Assembly (NCBI GenBank): GCA_964462535.1
Contig: CAYWXV010000001.1
Coordinates: forward strand, 165,380-229,379
From: an uncultured Alphaproteobacteria bacterium
Lineage (GTDB): Bacteria; Bacteroidota; Ignavibacteria; OLB7
Length of the DNA stretch: 64,000 nucleotides
Direction of reading: 5' to 3'
The notes beneath the pieces are model-generated. The model was not told where the DNA came from, ran no database searches, and saw only the letters and a program-made list of their open reading frames with translations. The position numbers and the translations under genes are program-made. Positions 47,937 through 57,885 of the stretch are shown here, piece after piece. Position 1 is the first letter of the stretch; every line of letters begins with the position of its first letter.

Positions 47937-49505
47937 GTGAAGCTGCGTGGAGTCTCAATAATGCGGGCACTCGTTGTGCTCGCATTTGTTTTGCAGATCG
48001 GCTTGCTTTTCCGCCCGCTCTCGTCTTTCGTCGTCCGCCCCTTTTTCGAGGACACCTTCTATAGCCTGTCAGTATCGTATTGGATGGCTGAAGGGAAGGG
48101 CATGAGCATCGACGGCGTCCACCATACCAACGGCGTTCAACCACTCATCTGCTTTCTTTACCTCCCGTCCTACTGGCTCACGGGGGGTGATCGGCTCGAG
48201 GCGCTCGTCCCCGTCTTGGCAACACAGATTGTTCTGTTCATGGGGGCCGTGTTTGCGATTGCCTCCTGCGTGGCCGGGTGGTCGCGCGAGCCAGGCATCC
48301 GCAAGGATGTGTTCTGGCTGGTTGCTATGCTCGCATCATGGAGTGTCCCGATGCGCCACCATATGCTGAACGGACTTGAGACAGGGCTGGCGGTCGGCGT
48401 CACGTTCGCTTCTGTGGCGTTCTACAACAGGCTGGTGGAACACGGCGACAACAGATGGTGGAGGTGGGGGACACTGGGTGGAGTTCTTGGGATTGGTGTC
48501 CTGACCAGAATCGACATTGGTTTTCTCGTTGGAGCAATCTGCGTCTGGCACTGGCTACGCCCCTCTCATCGCACCCTACGGCACCTGCGACAAGCGGTGT
48601 ATGTCGGCTTGATGGCCGCGATAGTGAGCCTTCCGTGGTGGGTGTACAACGTGTCTGAGTTTGGAAGTCTGATGCCAATAAGTGGTCAGGCGCAGATAGC
48701 AATCGTGGGCGATCGCGCTACCGTCGTCCGTATGTCGATCGCAGTTCTCGTTGACGCGTTCGTGCTGACATTCCATACGCCCGCCAACATTGTGTACCGC
48801 CACCCGTGGGTCAGTCTGCTCGTGTTCCTGCTCGCGGTTGGCGGGCCCATCGTCATTGGCAAGTCGCTAAGAATGTGCGCAACGGGATGGAGGCGTTGGC
48901 GCAGCGCATGGGAACTCTCGCGCGCCGTTCCGCTGGTCGCATTTGCCGGGATGCTGATCGGGTACTACACGTTCATCTTCGGGTCGCCCCATTTCAACAG
49001 TCGTTATTTGTTGCCCGAGCGGATCCTGGTAGGCGTCTTGATCGTGACCCTCACATATGAGATCTACAAACTTTCCACTGTGCTGACACGTGGACTATTG
49101 GTGGGGGCGGTTGGGCTCAGCGTGATACTGACGGGCTACTACACATCGTGGGACTACACCGGGAGGGACGGGAACGCGACGATTTGCAGAGTCGAGTGGA
49201 TCGAGCGTAACTGTACGAAGGAGGACCGCATCGCAATGTTCCAGAGCGGGACGGCCGGGTACTTGTGCGCGAACGTGACAAATCTCGACGGGAAGGTGAA
49301 CGAAACGGCTTTGCGCGCGATTCAGAATGGGACTATGTCCGACTACTTGATTGGGCAACGCTTCGACGTCCTCATGGATTGGGGCGTGCTGATGGACCCT
49401 GTATTCAAGGACACTCGACTTTCAGCAATGTATACGCGGGTAGATCGTTTGAAAGATATGAGCGATGTCTATCGCCTTCGAGCGGAGTATCGGAAACGCA
49501 ACTGA
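47937..49505 (+). CDS. Polytopic membrane protein, putative GT-C-fold glycosyltransferase (ArnT/PMT-like).
   Basis: About 12 TM helices. N-terminal acidic motif FFEDTFYSL in the first loop, resembling the DE motif of GT-C enzymes. The assignment is tentative. Confidence 0.35.
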   Translation: MKLRGVSIMRALVVLAFVLQIGLLFRPLSSFVVRPFFEDTFYSLSVSYWMAEGKGMSIDGVHHTNGVQPLICFLYLPSYWLTGGDRLEALVPVLATQIVLFMGAVFAIASCVAGWSREPGIRKDVFWLVAMLASWSVPMRHHMLNGLETGLAVGVTFASVAFYNRLVEHGDNRWWRWGTLGGVLGIGVLTRIDIGFLVGAICVWHWLRPSHRTLRHLRQAVYVGLMAAIVSLPWWVYNVSEFGSLMPISGQAQIAIVGDRATVVRMSIAVLVDAFVLTFHTPANIVYRHPWVSLLVFLLAVGGPIVIGKSLRMCATGWRRWRSAWELSRAVPLVAFAGMLIGYYTFIFGSPHFNSRYLLPERILVGVLIVTLTYEIYKLSTVLTRGLLVGAVGLSVILTGYYTSWDYTGRDGNATICRVEWIERNCTKEDRIAMFQSGTAGYLCANVTNLDGKVNETALRAIQNGTMSDYLIGQRFDVLMDWGVLMDPVFKDTRLSAMYTRVDRLKDMSDVYRLRAEYRKRN

Positions 49506-49574
49506 TCGGCGTTGGCTACGTCGGCTGTTCGCAATACCTTGTCCAATCGCTTCTGGGGGACGAACCCGCAATAG

Positions 49575-50966
49575 GTGATAGCCATGCTCCGGTTACTCGT
49601 TCTCGTTTTCATTCTTCCATTCTGCGTCGTCTTTCCGTCATCTGCTCAACCCCTGGGTGCCGATGCCGCGATCGTCGTCAACATTGATGGAGAGATCGAC
49701 CTCTCGACAGCGGCCTATGTGCGCAGAGCCATTGACGAGGCAACCTCACGAAATGCCCGACTGGTTCTCTTCAGGATCAATACGTTTGGGGGCCGCGTCG
49801 ATGCCGCGACACAGATTCGGGACGCAATTTTCGAGTGCCCGCTGCCAACCATCGCATTCGTCGATGATAGAGCCATCAGTGCCGGAGCCCTCATCGCCCT
49901 CTCGTGCCAGAAGGTTGGGATGACCGCAGGCGCCACGATAGGGGCCGTGACGCCTGTCAATAGCGAAGGGGAGAAGGCGCCCGAGAAAATCGTCAGCTAT
50001 GTGCGTGGGGAAATGCGAGCCATCGCAGAGAGGCGGGGGCGCAACCCCAGGATAGCGGAAGCAATGGTCGACGAGACGGTGCAGCTATCCGACACAACGT
50101 TGAAATCGAGTGGCAAACTTCTCACGCTGACTACGAAGGAAGCTCTTGCGGTCGGTTACTGTGACGTCGAGGCCAACGATGCGAGAGGGGTACTTGCCCG
50201 CCTTGGGTACGCTGATGTTCCCACACAGTCGGTTGAGATGTCATGGGCTGAGTACGCGGTTCACTTCCTGACGAGTCCGTTTGTGGCCTCGTTGCTGATT
50301 ATCATCGGGCTCGGTGGGATCTTTTACACGATCAAGACGGGGCACATGGGTCTCGCCACGACCGCCGGTGTCCTCGCAATGGTTCTGTTCTTCGGCGCCC
50401 AGTATATCGCAGATCTTGCAACGGCTCTCGAGGTAGGGCTCTTCATCGTGGGCGTTGTGTTGTTGATGCTCGAGATCTTCGTCATCCCTGGGTTCGGTGT
50501 TGCTGGAGTTTCGGGCATCCTCATGATTGTGGCCGGTCTGTTCCTGTCGCTCGTTGGGTCGTTTGACAACATCACGTTCGAATCCTTGACACAACCGCTT
50601 TATACGCTGGCCGGTGCGTTCGTCGGACTGGCCGTGATACTCTACCTGATGTTCAGGTACCTTCCGGATACAGGGGCGTTTCGAAAGTTCGTTCTTGACG
50701 AGTCGGAAACTGCGCAGAAAGGATATCGCTCTCAGCCCGACTATGCCGAGTTGATCGGTGCGAACGGTACGGCACTGACTACGCTTAGACCTGCAGGCGT
50801 CGTCGACTTGGATGGGGACCGATACGACGTTGTCACCGGTGGCGAGTTCATTACGGCAGGCGAGCCCGTCGTCGTTGTTCATGTGGAGGGTCGAAAGATT
50901 GTCGTGCAGCGCTTCGAGGACGTTGAGACTCATGGAAATCAGTCATCAACAGACATGAACGCTTGA
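49575..50966 (+). CDS. NfeD-family membrane-bound ClpP-class serine protease with a C-terminal OB-fold.
   Basis: Signal peptide. VVNIDGEIDLSTAAYVRRAIDEA...LVLFRINTFGGRVDAATQIRDAIF...FVDDRAISAGALIAL. Central TM segments. C-terminal NfeD beta-barrel (VDLDGDRYDVVTGGEFITAGEPVVVVHVEG). Confidence 0.75.
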   Translation: MIAMLRLLVLVFILPFCVVFPSSAQPLGADAAIVVNIDGEIDLSTAAYVRRAIDEATSRNARLVLFRINTFGGRVDAATQIRDAIFECPLPTIAFVDDRAISAGALIALSCQKVGMTAGATIGAVTPVNSEGEKAPEKIVSYVRGEMRAIAERRGRNPRIAEAMVDETVQLSDTTLKSSGKLLTLTTKEALAVGYCDVEANDARGVLARLGYADVPTQSVEMSWAEYAVHFLTSPFVASLLIIIGLGGIFYTIKTGHMGLATTAGVLAMVLFFGAQYIADLATALEVGLFIVGVVLLMLEIFVIPGFGVAGVSGILMIVAGLFLSLVGSFDNITFESLTQPLYTLAGAFVGLAVILYLMFRYLPDTGAFRKFVLDESETAQKGYRSQPDYAELIGANGTALTTLRPAGVVDLDGDRYDVVTGGEFITAGEPVVVVHVEGRKIVVQRFEDVETHGNQSSTDMNA

Positions 50967-52600
50967 GATCGGCATCGTTCAGTATTTGCTTGCTCGTAGT
51001 GGTCGCCGTCAGTAGCTCGATCGGGCAGACCCCGGAGCCTCCGACCGGCTCTTTTGTGGTTGATTCAGTCTCTACAAAGGCCCTGGATCTTTTCGAAGGG
51101 GAGACGCCGTGGCCGATTGTCGGTCCGGTCATGGATTTCTTTCACGCCCGAACTCGAGGCGGTATCCTTCAGGAAGAGATCTGGATCAGGCCGGGCGATA
51201 CGATAACGCCACACGACATCAACGAGATCCAAAACAGGCTTCGCGGGTTGGGAGCATTCGCGGAAATCCGGACATCTTTCGACACCACCAGCCAGGTGCA
51301 CGAAGATTTGCCGGAAGGAACACTGTTGGTACGAACACGCGATACGTGGTCAATACTGCTGTATGCGACGTATGCCCGCTCCCAGGATGAAACTACCTAC
51401 GCGTTATCCCTCACCGACTACAACCTGCTTGGAACCGTCAACAGGCTCGGAATTGGAACAGACTACTCATCTCTGGGAACGCGCGGGCACCGGTACTACG
51501 GGACGTACAGGAACGGGAATCTCTTCGGAACATTTCATTCGCTCGATGCATCTGCTGTTGTTGGCGACCACGAGACGTCGTTTTTCGGACAGATTGCACT
51601 CCCCGTTTTTACCGATCGCTTTCGAAATGCCTACGCGATCGCAGCCTCGTCGTTTGATGGAGCTCGTGTAGCCTTCCCGCATGGCTTTCGAGGAACGAGG
51701 AGCATAGACGTGCCGGTAACGACTACGGACGGCAGTGCCTGGTTCAGTCGCACCAATGGAGCGCGAGGTGACGTCTTCCGTTGGTCGTTGAGTACTCAGT
51801 TTGATCGCACGCGTCGAGATACGTTGCCGGAATTCGCACGTGCATTCGAGAATACGGTCGGTCTTTTTGCAGGAATTGCATCGCACCGTCGGCGTTACGT
51901 GTACGTCCGGGATGCTGATTTCAATGGTGAGCGACAGATCCCGATTGGGGCGTATGGGAGTGTGTCGGTGGGTAAGATCTCGCCACACAACAACGGCAAG
52001 GAGAACCTGATCTATATCGGATTCGATGCCGGGAAGTCGATCATCTCACGCGACATCTACGCAAATGCCGATGTCGCCGCAGGCACTGGGTTTCGAGATC
52101 GGTCAACAGCGTTTACAACGCTCCGATGGGCTCTGTCGGGTGCCTGGATGACCCACCCAGGCGCGCTGGCGGTCCGAGTTGACCAGTCAACCGTGTGGAA
52201 CTGGCCAAGGTACCTGGCTGCGTTCGAGAGCGGTGGTCTCCTGCGTGGATACGATCGTGAGAATATTTCCTCTGACAACAAGCTTGTCACCGCCTTGGAG
52301 TATAGACTGAATCCGATTCTCAGGATTCTTGCGTTTGACCTTGGTGCGGTTGCGTTTGCGGAAACGGGTGGGTACTGGAGTCAAGGGGAAAGGTTCGGTG
52401 CGACTCGTTTTCATAGCGCAGCCGGAATAGGGTTGCGAGTCGGCTACGCGGGAAGCGACTTCGGCAAGGGACTCTTGCGCGTTGACCTGGCATGGAACTT
52501 TGACGAGCAGCGCTGGTCGAAAATTCTGATTGGAACGGAAGAGGCGTTTGACGTGTTTGGGACGCTTGCATTCCGTCCTCCTGGTCCATACACCTATTAG
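50963..52600 (+). CDS. Omp85/BamA-TamA-like outer-membrane beta-barrel protein (putative).
   Basis: Signal peptide. POTRA-like stretch (TITPHDINEIQNRLRGLGAFAEI). The C-terminal surface-antigen-like pattern (AAGIGLRVGYAGSDFGKGLLRVDLAW) is typical of the Omp85 C-terminus. Starts at an ATGA overlap with nfeD. Confidence 0.4.
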   Translation: MRSASFSICLLVVVAVSSSIGQTPEPPTGSFVVDSVSTKALDLFEGETPWPIVGPVMDFFHARTRGGILQEEIWIRPGDTITPHDINEIQNRLRGLGAFAEIRTSFDTTSQVHEDLPEGTLLVRTRDTWSILLYATYARSQDETTYALSLTDYNLLGTVNRLGIGTDYSSLGTRGHRYYGTYRNGNLFGTFHSLDASAVVGDHETSFFGQIALPVFTDRFRNAYAIAASSFDGARVAFPHGFRGTRSIDVPVTTTDGSAWFSRTNGARGDVFRWSLSTQFDRTRRDTLPEFARAFENTVGLFAGIASHRRRYVYVRDADFNGERQIPIGAYGSVSVGKISPHNNGKENLIYIGFDAGKSIISRDIYANADVAAGTGFRDRSTAFTTLRWALSGAWMTHPGALAVRVDQSTVWNWPRYLAAFESGGLLRGYDRENISSDNKLVTALEYRLNPILRILAFDLGAVAFAETGGYWSQGERFGATRFHSAAGIGLRVGYAGSDFGKGLLRVDLAWNFDEQRWSKILIGTEEAFDVFGTLAFRPPGPYTY

Positions 52601-52655
52601 GGTCACTACGCGGTCGTCAATCGTATATCACACATTAGCAACACAACATAGAGCC

Positions 52656-53787
52656 ATGTTCGAAAACGCTTCAACCAGACTCCAGAAACACGTCGAGCGC
52701 ATCGATGAACTACGGAGGTGTCTTTGACCTCGATCGCAAAGAACGAGAGATAGATGAACTCGAGTCGCGGACTCAGGAGAATGATTTTTGGAATGACAAT
52801 GTTGCCGCACAGGGAGTTATGCGCGAGATCGCCACGCGGCGCGAGTGGGTTGATGCGTGGCAGGCCGCCCGGCGCAGAGCTGATGATGCCTCCGCACTGA
52901 TAGATCTGGCTCGTGAAGCTCAGGATGAGTCGATGGAAACGGACATCGAGGCCGAATTGACGGAAGTCGACAACCTCGTTGCGGACCTGGAGTTCCGGAA
53001 CATGCTCTCGGACCCTGACGACGTACGTGACGCCATTCTCAAGGTACAGGCCGGGGCAGGGGGGACGGAGGCGCAGGACTGGGCAGAGATGCTCCTCCGC
53101 ATGTACATGCGATGGGCCGAGCGGAAGGGATATTCCATCGCCCTTCTTGACGAGCAGGAAGGAGATCAGGCCGGGATCAAATCCGCATCCATTGAGATTG
53201 CCGGAGCCTATGCCTTTGGCAATCTCAAGTCCGAGAACGGCGTGCACCGCCTGGTTCGCATTTCACCGTACGACTCCAATGCGAGACGTCATACGTCGTT
53301 CGCTTCGATTTTCGTCTATCCGGTCGTCGACGATGATGTCAACATCGAGGTGAATCCTGCAGACGTTGAGTTGGAAACATTTCGGTCGGGGGGGAAGGGG
53401 GGACAGAACGTGAACAAGGTGGAGACCGCGGTCAGGCTCCGTTACACGTTCGTTTCACCCCGCGGAGATAGCCATCAGATTATCGTGAGCTGCCAGGAGG
53501 AGCGCTCTCAGCTCCAGAACAGGGAGCGGGCAATGAAGATGCTCAAGTCGGAGATCTACGAAGTCCTCCGGAGAGAAGAGGCGGAACGGAAGGCGGCGAT
53601 CGAAGGATCAAAGAAGAAGATCGAGTGGGGAAGCCAGGTCCGGAACTACGTCTTTCAGCCCTACACACTGGTCAAGGACACCCGAACGGGGCACGAGACC
53701 GGCGATGTGCAGCGGGTGATGGATGGTGAGATTGATGACTTCATCAAGTCGTACCTGATGGAGTTTGCACAAGCGGACGCGACGTAG
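52656..53787 (+). CDS. prfB: Peptide chain release factor 2 with a programmed +1 ribosomal frameshift (join 52656..52724, 52726..53787).
   Basis: Frame 0 reads MFENASTRLQKHVERIDELRRCL then TGA. Site GGAGGTGT CTT TGA C, with an internal SD (GGAGG 52714-52718) 3 nt before the CTT. The +1 frame continues DLDRKEREIDELE...SPF-like...GGQNVNKVETAVRL (GGQ motif). Confidence 0.9.
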
Positions 53788-53806
53788 CCGCCTCGCAATT
53801 GCGTAC

Positions 53807-55342
53807 TCACGGTCGCTTCCTGCGAAAAAGATCGGCGATCATTCTGACGGCGCGTCGGAGGAGTGAAAGGAGGGCGCGCAATGCGGAGCCACCCTTCGAC
53901 TGAGTGCTCCGCAGCATCATCTTAAGGTCGTGGCGATCTACGCGGGACACCTGATTCATTGGACTTGGCCCGTCCATTCCCTGACCGGTGACATCCCCCA
54001 GCAGTTGTTCCAATCGATTCTTGATCTCCTCCAACTGGCGGAGTTGCTCAGGGTCACCCCCCTGGTCAAGGAGCATTCTCACGTGTTCCAGTAGTAGGGC
54101 CGCCTCTCGCAACGTATCGGCGTCAATTCCGTCCCGAAAGTCGGCCTCAACAGCGGACATCAGATCGTGGAGTTCGTCAATCTCGCTCTGCCGCAACGTG
54201 AAGATTGCGTCGGACGAAATATCGTCGACCTGTACGAAGACGTTGGAGAGTTCCTCGATCTCCCTGCCATAGCGGGCACCGATCTTCCCAATCAGTTCCG
54301 CGCGCAATCGATTCGTCCGTTCGACCAATCCAGAGATCTGCGAGCGGAGCAATCCCGAACGGGAGTCCCGCCCTGTCAGATTAGCCTGCCTCCGAAGTTC
54401 CTCCAACTCCTTCTCCATCGCCGCAAGTGTCCGCGACTCAGGCGAAGATCCTCGTGTCGCGAGTTCCGCCAGAAGGCGGTCATCGGCAAAGACCTCCGCG
54501 TTGCCAATTTTGATAGCGTTGATCTTGATGTTCTCGCCAAGTGCATCGGAAATAGCGCCAATGTCCAGATGACTGGCACCATCCGTCACCATCAGAATCT
54601 CGGCACCTGATAGGCTCGACACGCTTCGGATGTCCTCCGCAGCCTGCAGAATCGCCTTCTGCATCACTGTTCCGTTCCCGAGCCGTGTGAGCCTCATCGT
54701 ATAGTGAATCAGACGGCGGAGAGATGCATCGTCTGTAGCCACTTGGAGGGGTCCCAAGTCGGTGTCGAACGTCCGCATGAAGACCTGTCCGAGTTCTCTA
54801 AGATTCCTTTTCAGAAAGACATAGACCACCGCCTTTGCCATCTGGAATCGGTGGTGAGACGTCATTGACGTTGACGTGTCCAGGAGAAGATAGACCTTCT
54901 GCTTAAAGATGTCCGGCGAGTACTCGCTTCCCGAGCTTCCAAACGGAACTATGACGGGCGTGACCGGGATGTTGATCCAAAGCGATCGCTGAGAGAGGCG
55001 ACGCATGAAGACTTCTTCGGGGAGCAGATACTGGTGGGGAAGGATTCTCTTCAGGTCATTGAGGGAGCGCATCAAGGCGGCCTCGTACTCCTCACCCTGA
55101 TGTACGAAACGGTTGGGTAGCCAGTCGTACGAACGGGGTACGGATTCTTCTGCAAAGACAGTCGATACGGCGAGTGCGGGGGCCAGGTGCATCGCTAGCT
55201 CACTCTCCGGATCCTCGAGCACTCGGGCGATTTCAAATACCGCGGAGAACTCGGGAGGCAGGTGTTCCTCGAGGTCACGGAGGTATCCGAACTCCTCCAT
55301 GTGCTCAAAGAATGTGCTGTGTGTCAGAGCACGGTGTGCCAT
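53807..55342 (-). CDS. von Willebrand factor A (VWA) domain protein with N- and C-terminal helical/coiled-coil regions; partner of the upstream AAA+ ATPase.
   Basis: MIDAS motif in VYLLLDTSTSMTS (DxSxS), with downstream ...VTDGAS. The C-terminal 200 aa are rich in heptad-like L/E/R repeats. Confidence 0.7.
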   Translation of the reverse strand: MAHRALTHSTFFEHMEEFGYLRDLEEHLPPEFSAVFEIARVLEDPESELAMHLAPALAVSTVFAEESVPRSYDWLPNRFVHQGEEYEAALMRSLNDLKRILPHQYLLPEEVFMRRLSQRSLWINIPVTPVIVPFGSSGSEYSPDIFKQKVYLLLDTSTSMTSHHRFQMAKAVVYVFLKRNLRELGQVFMRTFDTDLGPLQVATDDASLRRLIHYTMRLTRLGNGTVMQKAILQAAEDIRSVSSLSGAEILMVTDGASHLDIGAISDALGENIKINAIKIGNAEVFADDRLLAELATRGSSPESRTLAAMEKELEELRRQANLTGRDSRSGLLRSQISGLVERTNRLRAELIGKIGARYGREIEELSNVFVQVDDISSDAIFTLRQSEIDELHDLMSAVEADFRDGIDADTLREAALLLEHVRMLLDQGGDPEQLRQLEEIKNRLEQLLGDVTGQGMDGPSPMNQVSRVDRHDLKMMLRSTQSKGGSALRALLSLLRRAVRMIADLFRRKRP

Positions 55343-55360
55343 AGGGGAAGCTGACCCGGA

Positions 55361-56737
55361 CTATTGGAGCGGTGTCTCGACGGATATACCCGCCGTGAAG
55401 AGGACGTGCAGGTCATGCTTCAACCGATTGCGGAGATCTCGTATCTCGTCGCTCGCGGGTTGAAAGCGCTCCAGATACTCGGACATCAATCGCCGATTGT
55501 GATCTGCCTTGACGTCTCCAATTCCCAACACGTCCCGCGCCCATTCGCGCAGCGTTCGCTTGATCGGAGTCGACTCGACTGCAGTAATCGCAGACTGAAG
55601 AAGGTCCGGCTCCCGCTTGATGCGATCGATCAACGCCTTGAATTCCAGCAGCGTACGGAGCTGCTCCAACGCGTTACCGGCACCGAACTGATGACCGAGC
55701 GCCGTCGTGGCCTTGTGCCACAAGGCACGCTCATCGTCAATGCCGACGGTTGTGAACAGAACGTAGAGCTTGTCGACGTCGGACGTCGTTACGGTTGTCC
55801 GTCCGTGCATGAAGGCAATGGCCCTGAGCAGATCGAACGCCTTTACCTGTCTGCGGGGGGAGATGTAGTAATCCCGTTGCGGCGTGCCGTTTCGAGCGGC
55901 AGCAAGTGCGCGGTTCCTCAACTCCTCGTAGTACCGGATCACGAGGTTGGTGTAGTAGAGTATCTCGTGCGGAACATCGATCTGGATCAGCGCGCTTGTA
56001 CCATTACAGATCCGCGTTACCTCCCGGAGCGTCGAATAGGCAATCGTCTTTGGCGGGTCGGCCGCCCCGCCGCCATGCTGCAGGTATTGGCGTGCGATGC
56101 GATACTGGTCATACGGGTCCTTGTCGGGGAAGACGACGGATTGGTAGGTAAATCGATCAAGGAGGGCCTCGGTAATCTCGGTAACGCGTAGATAGTTCGT
56201 TGCGGCGACAACCGTATGGATCGAGGCTCGCTGCCGCTGCACACCCAGGACAAGTTCGCGTTCATTGAGGAGGGTCAGGAGCGCACGGAGGGTGAAGTCA
56301 TTTGCGTCGAAGATTTCGTCAATGAAACCGAACTCACTTTCGACAAGGGAGCCTGACGTGTTGTGAATGATCAGCCCCTTCTTCAGCTCCTCAATGTCCA
56401 GGCCACCGAAGTAGGTGTCGGGTTGCTGTTCCTTGGAGGCCTGCACCTTGAAGTACCGGGCCCCCTTGAACATGCGGAAGATCTGTTCGGTCATCAGCGA
56501 CTTGCCGACGCCCGTCCGCGATTGGATCAGCGCATGTTCGCCGGTCAGAATTGCGCAGAAGATCTGTTCAACGACATCCGTTCGATTGATCATTCGTGCG
56601 TTGACGAATTCCAGCGCATCCTGCAGATCCAGAATGATCTGCTGAATGTCTAGTCGCTCGGGATGTTCACGAAGCTGTTCCGTCATGAGCATTTCCGTTT
56701 GGATTCGGATCGAACCATCCTCGGATGATCCCACCAC
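55361..56737 (-). CDS. MoxR-family AAA+ ATPase (the start may be the internal Met at about 56692 or 56686).
   Basis: Walker [10 protein letters not shown]. Walker [13 protein letters not shown]. Sensor/arginine-finger region VVAATNYL...LLDRF. Sits immediately upstream of the VWA partner. The 5' end overlaps the mnmA 3' end. Confidence 0.7.
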   Translation of the reverse strand: MVGSSEDGSIRIQTEMLMTEQLREHPERLDIQQIILDLQDALEFVNARMINRTDVVEQIFCAILTGEHALIQSRTGVGKSLMTEQIFRMFKGARYFKVQASKEQQPDTYFGGLDIEELKKGLIIHNTSGSLVESEFGFIDEIFDANDFTLRALLTLLNERELVLGVQRQRASIHTVVAATNYLRVTEITEALLDRFTYQSVVFPDKDPYDQYRIARQYLQHGGGAADPPKTIAYSTLREVTRICNGTSALIQIDVPHEILYYTNLVIRYYEELRNRALAAARNGTPQRDYYISPRRQVKAFDLLRAIAFMHGRTTVTTSDVDKLYVLFTTVGIDDERALWHKATTALGHQFGAGNALEQLRTLLEFKALIDRIKREPDLLQSAITAVESTPIKRTLREWARDVLGIGDVKADHNRRLMSEYLERFQPASDEIRDLRNRLKHDLHVLFTAGISVETPLQ

Positions 56738-57803
56738 CGACTACCTCGTCACCGTCGTAAAGAACCACACTTTGGCCCCTCGTAATTGCTCGACGAGGCT
56801 CGTCAAAGAGAACATGAAGGAGCCCGTCGTCCGATATGTGGCATGTTGCCGCGGCCCCCGGATCCTTATAGCGAATCCGTGCCGTAAGTCGCATGGGTTC
56901 AGGTAGCCCGTCAAGGCCAATCAGATTCACGTGATCGGCATGCAGGCCTGCGTGGAGCAATTCGTCGGACGTTCCGACGTGGACGCGATTCGCGGACGCG
57001 TCGATATCTATCACGTACAACGGTTCGGGATTGGCAACCCCAAGCCCACGGCGCTGACCAACCGTATAGAAGGGATATCCGTCATGCTGGCCAATCACTT
57101 CACCGCCTCGGACGATCTCGCCTCCGCTGACCGCTTGCTCAAGACCAGGTTCTGCATCGCGCAAAAATCGCGTGTAGTCGTTATCGGGAATGAAGCAGAT
57201 CTCGTACGATTCGCGCTTCCCTGCAATCGGCAGATGTCGCTCGCGCGCTAGTTGGCGCGTCTCGCTCTTCTGAAGGTCCCCAAGGGGAAAGAGGGTTCGT
57301 TGCAAATGGGAAGACCGTACTCCCCAAAGCGCATACGACTGATCCTTTGAGGCGTCCACCCCACGGTGTAGTCGAACGCGCGACCCATCTCGGTCCCGGG
57401 TCAGACGCGCATAGTGCCCGGTCGCGACGTAGGCAGCTCCAAGCGCGTCCGCGTGATGAAGCACTTGTGCCCACTTGATCGATCGATTGCAAAGAACACA
57501 GGGGTTGGGAGTATTACCGGTCAGGTATGATTGCACGAAGGGATCGATGATCTCCCGCCTGAAGACATCTGAAAGATCGTACACATAGTGGGGTATTCCC
57601 AGGTGGGCGGCGACGCGGCGCGCGTCCATGACGCCATCCACGGAACAACAGCTCGTGTCTTTGACCTCGTTCCCACCAACGTCCTCGTATCGATACGTCT
57701 TGATCGTAATACCAATGACGTCGTAGCCCTGCTCAACAAGGAGCGCGGCCGCAACGGACGAATCGAGGCCCCCTGACATTCCTATGACAACTCGTTCGTT
57801 CAC
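56667..57803 (-). CDS. mnmA: tRNA-specific 2-thiouridylase MnmA.
   Basis: PP-loop [15 protein letters not shown]. Catalytic Cys motifs (NPCVLCN...). C-terminal domain conserved. Confidence 0.9.
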   Translation of the reverse strand: MNERVVIGMSGGLDSSVAAALLVEQGYDVIGITIKTYRYEDVGGNEVKDTSCCSVDGVMDARRVAAHLGIPHYVYDLSDVFRREIIDPFVQSYLTGNTPNPCVLCNRSIKWAQVLHHADALGAAYVATGHYARLTRDRDGSRVRLHRGVDASKDQSYALWGVRSSHLQRTLFPLGDLQKSETRQLARERHLPIAGKRESYEICFIPDNDYTRFLRDAEPGLEQAVSGGEIVRGGEVIGQHDGYPFYTVGQRRGLGVANPEPLYVIDIDASANRVHVGTSDELLHAGLHADHVNLIGLDGLPEPMRLTARIRYKDPGAAATCHISDDGLLHVLFDEPRRAITRGQSVVLYDGDEVVGGGIIRGWFDPNPNGNAHDGTAS

Positions 57804-57885
57804 TGGATCATGGTCTCAATAGCTGACGTGCCTTTCGTTCGTCGATGACGTATGGGGTCTTCCATACCGATCGACCAGGGAGTGA

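Noticed and set aside
53794-53803. Palindrome CGCAATTGCG between convergent prfB and the VWA gene, as a bidirectional terminator
   Set aside because: The stem is only 4 to 5 bp and there is no U-tract. At most a weak hairpin, so not reported as a feature.
55364-56191. 275-aa plus-strand ORF antisense to the MoxR-like ATPase
   Set aside because: The minus-strand protein carries Walker A/B and sensor motifs. The plus-strand ORF does not.
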